This document shows, piece after piece, positions 26,817 to 39,952 of a stretch of DNA of 47,853 nucleotides. Position numbers and translations under genes: made by a program. Origin of the DNA: Octopus bimaculoides. Lineage: Eukaryota. The DNA lies in contig NC_068990.1 in assembly GCF_001194135.2 (NCBI RefSeq), positions 27,632,708-27,680,560 of the forward strand, given 5' to 3'. The notes beneath the pieces are model-generated. The model saw nothing but the letters and a program-made list of their open reading frames with translations. It was not told where the DNA came from and ran no database searches. Numbering within the stretch: the first letter of the stretch is position 1; every line of letters begins with the position of its first letter.

Positions 26817-26978
26817 CAGTTTCAGTTCCAGCCGGAGTTTTATTGGTAAAACACACTGAGCTCTCATAGTACATAACTACCACGCAACGTCAGTTGATGA
26901 AAATTCGTTCTTTAATCTCTCACTCACTTCCCCCACTCTCTCTCTCTCTCTCTCCCTCATCTCTGTGTATATAATATA
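26817..26978 (+). repeat. Direct repeat unit shared with 43884-44068
   Basis: CAGTTTCAGTTC.AGCCGGAGTTT.ATTGGTAAAACACACTGAGCTCTCATAGT.CATAACTACCAC.CAACGTCAGTTGATGAAAA, then (TC)n, then the mariner TIR. The same arrangement occurs at both loci. Confidence 0.85.
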
Positions 26979-27738
26979 CGAGGGTGAGTCAAAAAGTAAT
27001 AGCATTTTGTTTAGGACAGGTATAATTACCAACACAGGAACATGTATCGTACATCAAAATGAAGCTGGTCCTCGGTGGATCACATCCCTACTCATCAACA
27101 TAGTCACCGTTTTTCTGAATAGCAATGTTCCACCTTTAAATGAGAGCAAGTATTCGTGCCCTGTAAAATTCTGTTGGTTGTTCATTGAACCACCTCTTCA
27201 GTACAGTTTTCACTTCCTCATCAAACCAACTGATTCGAAAATGTTGTACGCACTTCCATGGCTCACTTCAAGATTTTCTGTCAACTCATCAAAAGTTATG
27301 CACCTATCTTCTCTGATCAGAGCATCTGCTTTTGCTTTATTGGCAGGATTCACAGAAGCGGACGGACGGCCAGAACGGGGTTTATCGGCTACACTCACAG
27401 TTCCCACCTTTTCATCTTTCAGACGACGGACCCACCTGCATACATTGCTCTAATCTAAAGTTTAGTCCTCAAAAACATTTTGTAATCGTCGGTGATTGTT
27501 CACAGGGGTTTCTCCCTCAGCAACAAGAGGTTCAATCACTGCTCTTTATTTTTCACGTAGCTCTAAGGGGGCAACCATTTTGAATTTTCCTTACCAGTTT
27601 AAAAACCTGAAAAGAAAGAAACGAAATATTTCAGAACGTAAATGATAGAATCATTTATAATCAGAAAAATGTTTAGTTATTTTTATCAAAAACTTCATAT
27701 GAAATAAAGAAAATCGCATTACTTTTTGACTCACCCTC

Positions 27739-27739
<1 letters not shown>
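26979..27739 (-). mobile_element. Internally deleted mariner transposon (761 bp) with both TIRs
   Basis: TIRs are CGAGGGTGAGTCAAAAAGTAAT at 26979 and its reverse complement ending at 27739. The left flank is TA and the right flank is TG. The minus strand encodes the mariner N-terminal HTH region (VADKPRSGRPSASVNPANKAKADALIREDRCITFDELTENLEVSHGSAYNI) joined to the C-terminal end (EEVKTVLKRWFNEQPTEFYR...RWNIAIQKNGDYVDE). The DD34D core is deleted. Confidence 0.92.
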
Positions 27740-27775
<36 letters not shown>

Positions 27776-29012
27776 GGCATACACAGGCGCGCGCGCACAC
27801 GCACACACACACACGTATATGTATGTAGATGCATATTTAGATGCACAGAGAAATAGGTAACTACAATGATAGGTAGAAAGATAGATAATTACAGATATAA
27901 ATGGATAATATACGCGTGTGTGTCTGTGTGCCTGTGTTCGTCTGTATGTGTTTTTGTGAAGATATGCATACACGCCTAGCGTCTTGTGTACGTGTACGCG
28001 TGTGGACATACACCGGTATGAAGTTACGAAGATGGCAAATACAAAGGTTTCGTGCAGACATTCTTATCAGGCTTGCTGTAGTATGACTGTATTGAATGGC
28101 CGAACGAATACTAGTTGCCCGTATTGAATAACACCTGACGTCATAAGACAGTCACGTGGTCTATGAATGATGTTTCATAATATCATATCATGTAACTCGA
28201 CACAATCAACGTTTATGAATATGGCGTTCAAGGCTGGTGTTATTGCTTGGCTCAAGAACGCAGAAACATATAAATGCAAATTTATATTTTATAAGTCGAC
28301 GCCATTGACAGATAACCTCAGAAGATAATAGGCTCCCCTCTTAGAAAAATCGCAATAATATTAGCTCCAACTTTCATAATCTCTCATACAGGCCTATCTG
28401 CTTACTGTTCTGCACGCCATGATATCTTTTTCTTCTTATTTATTTTCGCGTTAGAATTTACAGTACTAAACGAAAGATGGTTGAGGCGATTGTGATTTTA
28501 CTATGGGACATAAATGTCGGCTGCAAAGCTAGTGAAGTTTTTTCTTTCTTTTATAGATAGACCGATAGATAAATATATCGATAGCTAGACAAGTAGATTG
28601 ATAAATAGGGACATAGATATATTCATAAACCCTGTATATTCATAGCTTGTTATTGTATGTAGTTAATCAGTTTACGACATCTTAATCATTCTCTATTGAT
28701 ATACAGGTTATCTAAAATATAAAATTACTTTTACTTTATAATTGCTTACTGTGAAAGTAGGTTAAATATATGAAGACATGTTAAACAATTTTGTTTACGA
28801 CGACTGGTGTTATTAGCAAAGGTACGTACACAGACAGACTCATAAACTGGCGCGCGCACCCACGCCTACACACACACAAAGACACACAGTATCGAAGCGT
28901 TTCCGATTTCTAGTGCAACAAGCGTATGTACAAAAACGCTGATTTCCCTTCCAATGTGTTTAGTCTCTCAGAAGGAACGCCGTTGCAAGCCAATTAAAGA
29001 CAGTAAATATTA

Positions 29013-29221
29013 AATTCAAATTTTGGTTCTAAGCCAGGAATTTCGAGGCACGGATTAAGTCGATCACATCCACCCTAGTGATCAACTGGTACTTATTCTT
29101 TCAACCCCGAAAGGATGAAAAGCAAAGTGGAGTTCAATTTAGAACTCAGAACGTAAATACAAACGAAAAGCTTGTAAGCTTTTCGCCGGGTTTACTAACG
29201 ATTCTGCCAGCTCGCCGCCTC
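29013..29221 (-). mobile_element. SINE type B, alternative-tail variant
   Basis: ACTGGTACTTATT..CCCCGAAAGGATGAAAAGCAAAG..GAACTCAGAACGT..ACGATTCTGCCAGCTCGCCGCC. Confidence 0.8.
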
Positions 29222-29468
29222 AAAGACAGCTAAAATTGATGCCGTTTCTCTAAAAATGTTAACGATTGCAGAGAAATAAAAAAAAGTATCATAGACATTT
29301 AGAGAATTCTAGTCAAACGACGGTCCTGGAGTAATGAATTAAGGTGGCCCGGCTTTTGTGGAGTAGAGAAACCTGGTGGATATATGGGGGATGAAAAAAC
29401 GAGGGGCATGTGAACCGGTGGACGGGCAAGGAGAGAAAATACATATGTAGAGCATTATTAAATGCACT

Positions 29469-29612
29469 TCGTGAGTTCAAATGTCACCGAGATCGACTTT
29501 GCCTTTCCTCATGTCGGCATCGATAAAATCAATATCAGCTGAGCACTGAAATCGATGTAATCAACTTCACCGAAAATTTCAGTCCTTGAGCCTGTATTAG
29601 AAAGAATTATTA
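29469..29612 (+). mobile_element. SINE type B, 5'-truncated, alternative tail
   Basis: GAGTTCAAAT..GATCGACTTTGCCTTTC..GATAAAAT..GAGCACTG..CGATGTAATC..GTCCTTGAGCCTGTATTAGAAAGAATTATT. Confidence 0.65.
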
Positions 29613-29654
29613 AAGGCACTCAGCCAGTCATGTATTTATTCTTCATTGGGTAAA

Positions 29655-29920
29655 GATGCGTGGGCTAGTGGTTAGCGTTTTTAGCTCACGATCTTCAGGT
29701 CTTGTGTTCAGTTCCCGGCGCTGCGTCGACTTTGATGAAGACACTTTATTTCACATTGTTTCAGTACACTCAGCTGACAAAAATAAGTAGTACTCGTATT
29801 TCAAAAATGCCAGTCTTGTCCCTGATAACTACGTTACGGGTCCACGTTGAGTGCTCGATTTTGTACTCAGCTACGTGCGCAATAGTTCCAGGACCAGGAT
29901 CAACTGGAACGCACATCATC
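29655..29920 (+). mobile_element. SINE type D (different head and core, C-type 3' module), diverged
   Basis: Head GTGGGCTAGTGGTTAGCG..GTGTTCAGTTCCC, then GACACTTTATTTCAC..CACTCAGCTGACAAAAAT, then a decayed GATAACTACGTTACGGGTCCACG..GGATCAACTGGAAC. Confidence 0.55.
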
Positions 29921-30157
29921 ATACCAGACAGAATGCCAGTTACTTTTAACAATTTACAAGCCGTTTAATGTAATGCACAGTAGCTTATTAAGCCGATCTA
30001 GCGGTGGATATCTCTGGAATTCCCACACTGCTTTATCCAACAACAATTGTTTCATCCGACATGATGAGTATAACACACAGTTTCCCTTGTCTCAAGGGCA
30101 GGCTGCATACCTTGTAACATGGTAGACTGACAGGCCACTAGACTGGCTTAAATAAAC

Positions 30158-30353
30158 GACTGTATGGTAAGGAGCTTGTCACCCAAACAACTCGGAGAAG
30201 AGTCTTCTACAATAGCCTCGGGACCACAAAAGCCTTGTGAGTAGATACGGTGGACGGAAATTGAAAGAAGCCTTTCTTGTGTGTGTGCGTGTGTGTGTGT
30301 GCCTACATATGCATACATACATGCAAACACACAGAGATACACATATATACACA

Positions 30354-30443
<90 letters not shown>

Positions 30444-30690
30444 TATGTATATATATATACAAATGTCTGTGTGTGTGTGCGTTTGTTTTTGTTTCTACTG
30501 TACTTGTGACCCGCAACCACTTGATAAACTGTGTTGGTCTATTTGCATGGTCGTAACTTAGCGGTTCGGCAGTAACGTCCGCGAGAGAATAAATGCCAGG
30601 CTTAAAGAAAAAGGGTCTGGAAGTGATTTGTTCGACTCCATGTTGAGGCATAGCCTCACACTAATGATTGAAATGCGTATAGAAGAAAAG
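30158..30690 (+). mobile_element. SINE type A, diverged
   Basis: Same module order as the 6372 copy, with an internal (TA)n at about 30355-30460. Confidence 0.75.
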
Positions 30691-30717
30691 AACATAATAT
30701 ATATGTAACTATCTGTC

Positions 30718-30727
30718 AATCTGTCTG

Positions 30728-30763
<36 letters not shown>

Positions 30764-30775
30764 CCTATCTATCTA

Positions 30776-30807
<32 letters not shown>

Positions 30808-30811
30808 TCTA

Positions 30812-30848
<37 letters not shown>
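30718..30848. repeat. (TCTA)n/(TCTG)n tetranucleotide array
   Basis: Read directly. Confidence 0.95.
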
Positions 30849-31912
30849 TTCTCTGTGTGTCTGGCTTTTAAACTCGCCAAATTTAAATACTATTGAATCC
30901 TATATTTGGAACGTTTTTGAAAGGGAGCCTAATCGACTTACAATACCTTAACCTCACTAAAGTTTGCCATTGAACAAATGAATAAAAGCCATATAATGCA
31001 GATATGTTAACGATGTCGGTCCAGCATTGAAATTGTCGTCAAAGACGAAGGTAGATGCACAAAATAGTCTCATAAGAATGCGCATCAAGAACATGCGGAC
31101 TATTTTTTTTTATTAATTCACATTTGGTTTTGTTAGAGTTCTGTTTTTAATTCACCTAATATGTCCGCAAGGAACTCTCTCTTTCTCTCCCTCTCTGTCC
31201 ATTTCTCTCTGTTAACCTGCATATGTACATATGTACGTATATATGCATGTGTGAGTGCATGTATGATTCTGTGTATGTACATATTTAAATATACGTATGT
31301 GTTTATATAGGTAAATATTTGTATATATCGTTATATATATATGGATATATGTGTGTATGTATTTTTATTTGTGTGTATGTACGTATAACATAACTATAAT
31401 TTACTATTAGCTCGTGATGTCTTATTGACTGTCTGGGTCATTTACACTAAATCGGAATGGTTTGCCATTCCTATGTATACAGCCAACATTCAAACATATT
31501 TTTTCTGTTTTTTTTTTACTTCTTTATTTATTTTTTAAACATTTTCAAATATTTCTGAAATTTGAATAACGCAATTAATTAGATTTATTTAAATTATAAA
31601 GGAAACTGTAAATTACTCATTAATATAAAAAAAAAAAATGGTTACTTAAAAATTGCGTTTCGAAGCTGTAAACAACATGAAAGCCAAATTTATATTGTAT
31701 ATTTGTGTGGTTCTGTGATCAGTAACTAATATTGCAGTAGCAATTATGAAGACACTATTTTTAGGTGAAACGAACTAATGATTTATAACAAAGACGAAAT
31801 GTCGCCAGTTTAAATGATATATAAACGTAGAATAATTTAAACTATATGATATAACGCATCACTTTTTATCAAATACTGTCTTTTTGATTTTTCTTTTTTA
31901 CTGAATAGCTCT

Positions 31913-31989
<77 letters not shown>

Positions 31990-32019
31990 GTATAGAGAGA
32001 TAGAGAGATAGATAGATAA

Positions 32020-32074
<55 letters not shown>
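31913..32074. repeat. (GATA)n array
   Basis: Read directly. Confidence 0.95.
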
Positions 32075-32545
32075 TTTTAGTGGAGGTTTTCTGATGGGAA
32101 AAAAACCCAAGGCACGCTATGTTCAGAAGGAATTTTTACCTTGTTCAGTAACAACGCAGTAGTGATTAAATGGTTTTCTGGTATCTTTGTAGACATACAT
32201 TGGCCTCCCAGTAAATACGTCATACATCGAATGTCCAAGTGCACCATAGTCTTGATAGTCCATCCTGATATCTAATGTTCTCTGACAATGGTTCTCCTCT
32301 ATGATCTGAGACATAGTTTCGAAACCGTCGTGTAAATTATGCGGTCCTTATAGCTTCTGAACATTTAGAATAGTTTTTCCTCTTTGATATACTGGATGCA
32401 TATCAACCTAAAGCTTCTCATTCCATTACCCGAATTTTCTGAAAGAAATGTTCTTGCAATTTCTAAGTTAATGTGTTCCGTCATGTGGCAAAAAGTACTG
32501 TATGCTTTCTTTAAAATCCCCATTCCTTTACGCATAACATACATA

Positions 32546-32651
<106 letters not shown>

Positions 32652-32669
32652 AACATATATGGATGTATT

Positions 32670-32870
32670 TGTGTGTCTGTCTTTGTCCCCCACCCACCAT
32701 CGCTTGACAACCGATGTTGCGGTGTTTACGTCTGTCCCCGTAACATTAGCGGCTCGGCAAAAGAGAAGGATAAAATAAGTACTAGAATGACAAGCAATAA
32801 TTCTGGGGTCGATTTCTTCGAATAAAAGCGGTGCTCCAGCATGGCTGCAGTCAAATGACTGAAAGAAACA
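32670..32870 (+). mobile_element. SINE type A, 3' half
   Basis: CCATCGCTTGACAACCGATG..AATAAGTACTAG..CTGGGGTCGATTT..GCGGTGCTCCAGCATGGCTGCAGTCAAATGACTGAAA. Confidence 0.85.
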
Positions 32871-32890
32871 ACATATATATATATATATAT

Positions 32891-32944
<54 letters not shown>

Positions 32945-33146
32945 TTGTGTGTGTATTTACTGAATGTACAACTTTTTTTTTATTCCCTCTCTGTTCATTT
33001 TCTCTTATTCCTTTCTGTTAAAGTGCGTAGTCCCGAACCGTAAAAGACTTTTTTCATTTTCCCGAACGTCAAACTAATACACTTGTTTGTTGTTCAGACA
33101 CCTGTCTTCGTCTTTTGGTTCTCTATAAATTTCAACTATATATTTA

Positions 33147-33350
33147 TTCTTTTACTTGTTTCAGTCATTTGACTGCGGTCATGCTGGAGTACCGCCTTTA
33201 GACGAGCAAATTGACCCTCAGAGCGTATTCTTTGTAAGCCTAGCACTTATTCTATCGGTCTCTTAGGCGGAACCGCTAAGTAACGGGGACATAAACACAA
33301 CAACATTGGTTGTCAACCGATGGTGCGGACAAACACAGACACCCACAAAC
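33147..33350 (-). mobile_element. SINE type A, 3' half (inverted relative to 32670)
   Basis: TTTCAGTCATTTGACTGCGGTCATGCTGGAG..CTTATTCTATCGGTCTC..AACCGCTAAGTAACGGGGAC..GTTGTCAA. Confidence 0.85.
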
Positions 33351-35002
33351 ATATATACATACATACATGTATATGTACATATGTGTGTGTGTGTGTGTGT
33401 GTATGTGTGTTCGTGGTCTGTATGTGAGTGTGTATGTGTCTATGTATGTATGTATATATATATATATATATATATAATATAGGATAAATTCTTTATAAGA
33501 ATTTATCAAGTAGTCAGTGTGAAAAAACCTCAAAATGAAAAAATAACGAAAAATTTTCGTAATGAAAAAATTCATCATTTCATCATCAATATAAATACTT
33601 ATATATAAAGGGCATTAACTGTGTATTAATGCCTCACGCTTCGAGGGACTAAATAAGTCAAAAACTACCAAAAGAATAAGCAACATATTTACTGAAAGCG
33701 AGGGAATGCAGATTTCAAAATGTATCTCTTAAAAACATTTAACTCAACGGTAGACCACTGGTTTCTCAATCAAATACTGAAAAACNNNNNNNNNNNNNNN
33801 NNNNNNNNNNNNNNNNNNNNNNNNNNNNNNNNNNNNNNNNNNNNNNNNNNNNNNNNNNNNNNNNNNNNNNNNNNNNNNNNNNNNNNNNNNNNNNNNNNNN
33901 NNNNNNNNNNNNNNNNNNNNNNNNNNNNNNNNNNNNNNNNNNNNNNNNNNNNNNNNNNNNNNNNNNNNNNNNNNNNNNNNNNNNNNNNNNNNNNNNNNNN
34001 NNNNNNNNNNNNNNNNNNNNNNNNNNNNNNNNNNNNNNNNNNNNNNNNNNNNNNNNNNNNNNNNNNNNNNNNNNNNNNNNNNNNNNNNNNNNNNNNNNNN
34101 NNNNNNNNNNNNNNNNNNNNNNNNNNNNNNNNNNNNNNNNNNNNNNNNNNNNNNNNNNNNNNNNNNNNNNNNNNNNNNNNNNNNNNNNNNNNNNNATATA
34201 TAAGGCGTATTTTATGGTTTCTTGGTTCAATATTGATTTTATTAGAGGAATTTGACATTGTTGTAGCTTCTTATAATGTATTCTGATCTTATATTTAAAT
34301 CTATTTTATTGTATCATTATTACATTGTTATTCATGCATTATACCTGTCTCAGTCATATGCCTCTTTTTATACTTTTGTCGTGAAACACAAATCTAATAT
34401 TTTCATTCTTCGTTCGTTATTCATCTTTGAATCTAATTGTTAATTAACATTGCATTTGACCAGGATCTCCGGAGTCCATTATCATAAGTTTAAAATATAT
34501 TCTGTCACAACTCTTTTCAAGTAAACTTACACCATTTACAGTTTTAGTTTCTTGGTTGGCGTTGATGTTGGCACAGTTGCGAAGTTTCTGTATTCTTCCT
34601 TCTGTATTCTTCCTTCTTTTCATTCTCTTCCTCTTTGCATTCCCCCACTTTCAGGTAATTATGGAGCTTTACCTATGCATGTATTCATAGTTATTTCATA
34701 AGTTCTGTGATAATCTTATGCAAACATGTTATCGGATTTAGGAATATAAATTCAACTGATTTTGTTGTGACTGTGGCTTAAAATAAATAACCCTGACGTA
34801 CACCCCTCGTAACATCTTGTGAACACTGACATAGTGATTAGAATTTCAATAATCGCGTATATACGTGTACGATACACTGTAGCCGTACGAAATAAGTTTG
34901 TAGGTCAGGTCATACATAAATAAATTATGGCATTTAATCTGTTGGATTTAAGCAATGCTTAGAATACTGTGATGAAGAAAGTAATGAATAAATTTGTAGA
35001 AA

Positions 35003-35362
35003 ATATTGGTTTCAACTTTCGATACAAAGCTAGCGATATCGATGGCATGAATCAAGTCGATGACATCGAACGCAGAGCTCGAGTAAAATTTATTTTATCG
35101 ATCTCTAAACGATGAAAAGCAATGCTACACTTGGCGGAATTTGACCTCAGAACACGAACGAAATGCAGTTAAGCATTTTAGTCGATGTGCTAACCATTCT
35201 GTTCGCTCCTGCTGCATTTTCGGGGCAGGTGTAACTGGAACTTTTTTTATCGACCTCAAATTGATAAAAGGCAAACTCGACCTTGGAAGTATCCGAATTC
35301 AGAAGGCAAAGAAAGACGAAATGCAGCTAAGCATTTTGCTACGGATTTTCCATGATCGCCTT
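35003..35362 (-). mobile_element. Two tandem, old type B SINE remnants
   Basis: The body motif (ATCGA..GATGAAAAGC/GATAAAAGGC..GGAA..CAGAA..GAAATGCAG.TAAGCATTTT) occurs twice, at about 35003-35210 and 35225-35362. Confidence 0.55.
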
Positions 35363-36486
35363 GAAGTGAAAGTATAAAGTGTTAAAATACATCTCGATGT
35401 GAACTAGTGTAATGAAACAGATATTGATGTATTTCTGCAGGATCATTATGCTAATAAACTCACGCAGTGGTTATCTTTCACCACTTTATTATTTGTGTGA
35501 CAATTGGTTAATCATTTAACTAGTAATATAACATATCTTCTTATTCAATCAGTTATGTTTTCCAAAATCTGTTCAGCGCCATTTGTGACTTCTTTAATAG
35601 TATAACGGCCTAGTATTTTCAGCATGGCTTCTTTCTGATGCCCGTAAAACACGGTGGTTGCTTGTCCATATGATTTTATTCTAAGTATGGAGAGCGAATG
35701 TATTGAACTATGGATAACTCAGAAACAATATTGTTCCTTCTGCCACGAATAGGAAAATATATAAGGAACATTTATATAAATATAAAAATTCTTTCATAAG
35801 AGAGACATAACCCGAACAAAAAGGTGAATGGAAAAGGTGAATGCACAAAATCACAAATATACACACACACGCACCCTCATACACATACACACACACGCAC
35901 CCTCATACACATACACACACACGGATGCGCATGCGCGCACACAAACACATACACACACACGCACACACACACACACACAGACACGCGCGCGCGCGGACCA
36001 TATAGATACCTGTTTATATGTGTGTATATAATTCATACATATATATACAACATATATATCGGACAACTGCTTCAAAACCACTAGCTTCTATATATAAATT
36101 ACAAATTTACATCAGTATGAATTGATGCACTTGGCTTTGTGATTAAAAGACTAACTGATAATCAGGTTAAGCTGGGGTTTTCAAAACAGGAAGCAAACCA
36201 AGCAACTTGCATATTACAAATACAATTTGTTAACGGAACAGTAAGATTTTAAAATGTCAAATATAAAATGTTACAGTGTTTTCATTATCAACATTCCGAC
36301 GATCGACGGAGCTTTGTATCTTTGTTAGAAACCAGGTCCCTCTACAGGGCAAGAACATAAATAATTAAAAGCGGAAAACAACATAAATACATATTTATAT
36401 GTATATATACATACATATAAACAGGTAAGTATATATTTATATATATATATATATATATNNNNNNNNNNNNNNNTATAACATAAATA

Positions 36487-36518
<32 letters not shown>

Positions 36519-38055
36519 TTGGGTGTGTATGTATAATTATGTACATGTTGTGAATGTATATATATATATATATATATATACACACGCGCTGACAACATGT
36601 ACTTATTTATGTGTGCGGACATATCGGAGCATCTGCGTGTGTATCATTTGTGTTCGTGTGTGCGAATGCATATTTATTACGTATGTGTCGGCGGAAATGA
36701 ATTTCAGGCCACGTGAGTTGTTCATATCTATGGCTTTATATTGGTGTTTATTCAAATGAAGAAATGACATTTTGTCTTTGAGAATCTGTATAAAAGATTA
36801 AGAACAAACCCACAAAGGTGGCGTAGTCTCTTGGAAAGAGAGCATATACTTCTCACAATACTATTAATCTATTTTACATTCTGCTTCAGTGGTATATTAT
36901 ACAAGAAAAAGAAAAAAAAAACGCATAAGAATCACCAAACATTATCTTAATATCATGCACATTGGATTGTAGTTGCTTCGGCTGGTAGCCTTATATTTTC
37001 GATTATATAATACAGATAACATACACAAAATACTAGACATAGCTGCACTACGTTTATCAAAGATATTTGATTCTTTGTTATATATTCTACTAGACACTAC
37101 GTGAAACCGTGTTTTCGTTGTGTTTTTAATACAATCTTCATTTATATGGAGATTCTATATCAACACACATGCACGCACATACACACACACACATACACTC
37201 ACACACAAATACACATATATTGTAACACGTTTAAGTTTTTTTATACAACAATTAATATATATTATTAAGGCGGCCATCTGGCAGAATCGTTAGCATGCCT
37301 GTTACTATATTGTCCCCTATAATTAGGAACCAAAGCCACATAAAGACACACACTCAGATATATAAATCCCGCGAAATTGTAATGCCCTTTTGAAAGTTAA
37401 CAAATGAGGAATTAGTGACGAATTTTCTGTAGCTGTAAAATTGTCCATTTGTTTTGTTCTTGTTAAATTTGTGTAATAATTACATATATAATTTTTGAAA
37501 CGTATATAAATATATATATATGTGTATATGTCTGTGTATGTGTGTATATATATATATATNNNNNNNNNNNNNNNNNNNNNNNNNNNNNNNNNNNNNNNNN
37601 NNNNNNNNNNNNNNNNNNNNNNNNNNNNNNNNNNNNNNNNNNNNNNNNNNNNNNNNNNNNNNNNNNNNNNNNNNNNNNNNNNNNNNNNNNNNNNNNNNNN
37701 NNNNNNNNNNNNNNNNNNNNNNNNNNNNNNNNNNNNNNNNNNNNNNNNNNNNNNNNNNNNNNNNNNNNNNNNNNNNNNNNNNNNNNNNNNNNNNNNNNNN
37801 NNNNNNNNNNNNNNNNNNNNNNNNNNNNNNNNNNNNNNNNNNNNNNNNNNNNNNNNNNNNNNNNNNNNNNNNNNNNNNNNNNNNNNNNNNNNNNNNNNNN
37901 NNNNNNNNNNNNNNNNNNNNNNNNNNNNNNNNNNNNNNNNNNNNNNNNNNNNNNNNNNNNNNNNNNNNNNNNNNNNNNNNNNNNNNNNNNNNNNNNNNNN
38001 NNNNNNNNNNNNNNNNNNNNNNNNNNNNNNNNNNNNNNNNNNNNNNNNNNNNNNN

Positions 38056-38126
<71 letters not shown>

Positions 38127-38891
38127 CTATATATAACTATTTGACTCAATTTCAAATTTTTCAAGTTACTAATCAGACCGTTTTGTATACGAATACATCT
38201 ATGTTAACAATGTGACTGAAGATAGAAAAAATTATTATGGTTGTATATGCGTATTTTAAGTGTTCTTAATCCTTCTCAGCGCCGCATCCAACCCATTAAC
38301 CATCCACGAACACTTTGCTTAAAAAGCTATCAAAGATGGTTGTGTAACTCAATTGGCTAAATCAATTTTGAATATTAAAGGTATTCCTGGCAACTGGTAC
38401 GTAGATCTCAATTGCTTGTGAGAATACCATATTTCGTAATGACATCATAATATAGTACCCTGCATATTAATGTTTATAACTCAATAATGTGTCTCTGCTG
38501 CAATGGTAGAGTAGCTCAATTCCTTTTTACAGTTATGTCTACAAACTTTCTATTCAAATTTGAGCCAGCACTGAAAGTTTCGATGATTTGTATACGAATA
38601 GTTGGATGTAAACAACGCGATCGAACATAGAAAAATAAGAAATGCATGTAGATGCATATCTCAGGAGTAGTTGCTCACTCTTCAGCTACACACCCAAACC
38701 ATTAACCTTCCACGTGTATTAACCACTTGTCAGGAATGTGTTTAATACGCAAATTGGTTGCATAACGAAATATGGTGTTTCTATCAGTGATTAGTGTTAA
38801 CTAATAAACGTAAATGTTGCACTGAAACATCCTTTTGGGTAGAAAACGTCGACATCTGCTGAAGTGGCTCGAGCCTACACATTCTGTAAGT

Positions 38892-39290
38892 GTGCAGAAG
38901 TGGCTGTGTGGTACGTAGCTTGCTTACGAACCACATAATTCCGGGTTCAGTCCGACTGCGTGCCACCTTGGGCAAGTGTCTTTTACTATAGCATCGGGCC
39001 GACCAAAACCTTGTGAGTGGATTTGGTAGACGGAAACTAAAAGAGGCTCGTCGTTTATATATGTATATGTATATGTGTATATGTATATATGTATATGTGT
39101 GTGTGCGTGAGTTTGTGTGCCTGCGTTTGTCCCCCCCCCCCAACATCGCTTGACAACCGATGCTGGTGTGTTTAGGTCCCCGTAACTTAGCGCTTCGGCA
39201 AAAGAGACCGATAGAATAAGTACTAGGCTTACAAAGAAGAAGTCCTGGGGTCGATTTGCTCCAGCATGGCCGCAGTCAAAAGGCTGAAAA
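38892..39290 (+). mobile_element. SINE type A, near full length
   Basis: Head GTGGCTGTGTGGTACGTAGCTTGCTTAC..CCGGGTTCAGTCC, body, short internal (TA/TG)n, and a 3' half with a small deletion before CCAGCATGGCCGCAGTCAAA. Confidence 0.9.
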
Positions 39291-39683
39291 ACGCCTCTTA
39301 TCAGCGTGTATCGTATATTCTTGCTCTTATAAGAATTTATAAGGTTTGGAGGGAATCTGGAATACTCCTTTTTTATCAATAGTTATCGAAACAGAAAAAA
39401 AAAAACTATAAATAATAAATAGCATGTAAATATTTGGTTGTAAAACCCTTTTCGATACAAAAATTCCAAGGCTGACCGTTGTATCCTGTGGTTACGACAG
39501 ACATTTTTCCATGGCACGAAATGAATCCTTCGAATTTCTTAGAGAAAAAAGTTTTTCATAGTCAACCTTCGACATTTTCAATCCAAAACTGTTCTATTCG
39601 ATATATATATTCATATATTGAGTAAAAGGCGGCAGTCGGAGTTCTCAATATACAATATTTGTGCACCACTTCATACACTTTAT

Positions 39684-39821
39684 ACACACACACACACATA
39701 CATACACATACATACATACACATACATACACATATATATTTGACTAAGGTATATATAATGATGTGACAATCATGTGCTGGAATATATGTCTATATCTATA
39801 TCTATCTATCTATCTATCTAC

Positions 39822-39885
<64 letters not shown>

Positions 39886-39914
39886 TTATCTATCTATCTA
39901 TATCTATATCGATA

Positions 39915-39950
<36 letters not shown>
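39684..39950. repeat. (CA)/(CATA)n, then (TATC)n and (TA)n arrays
   Basis: Read directly. Confidence 0.9.

Positions 39951-39952
<2 letters not shown>

Noticed and set aside
38280-38379. Strong acceptor/donor pair on the plus strand
   Set aside because: All three frames contain stops; at most it is a non-coding exon, and that is unsupported.
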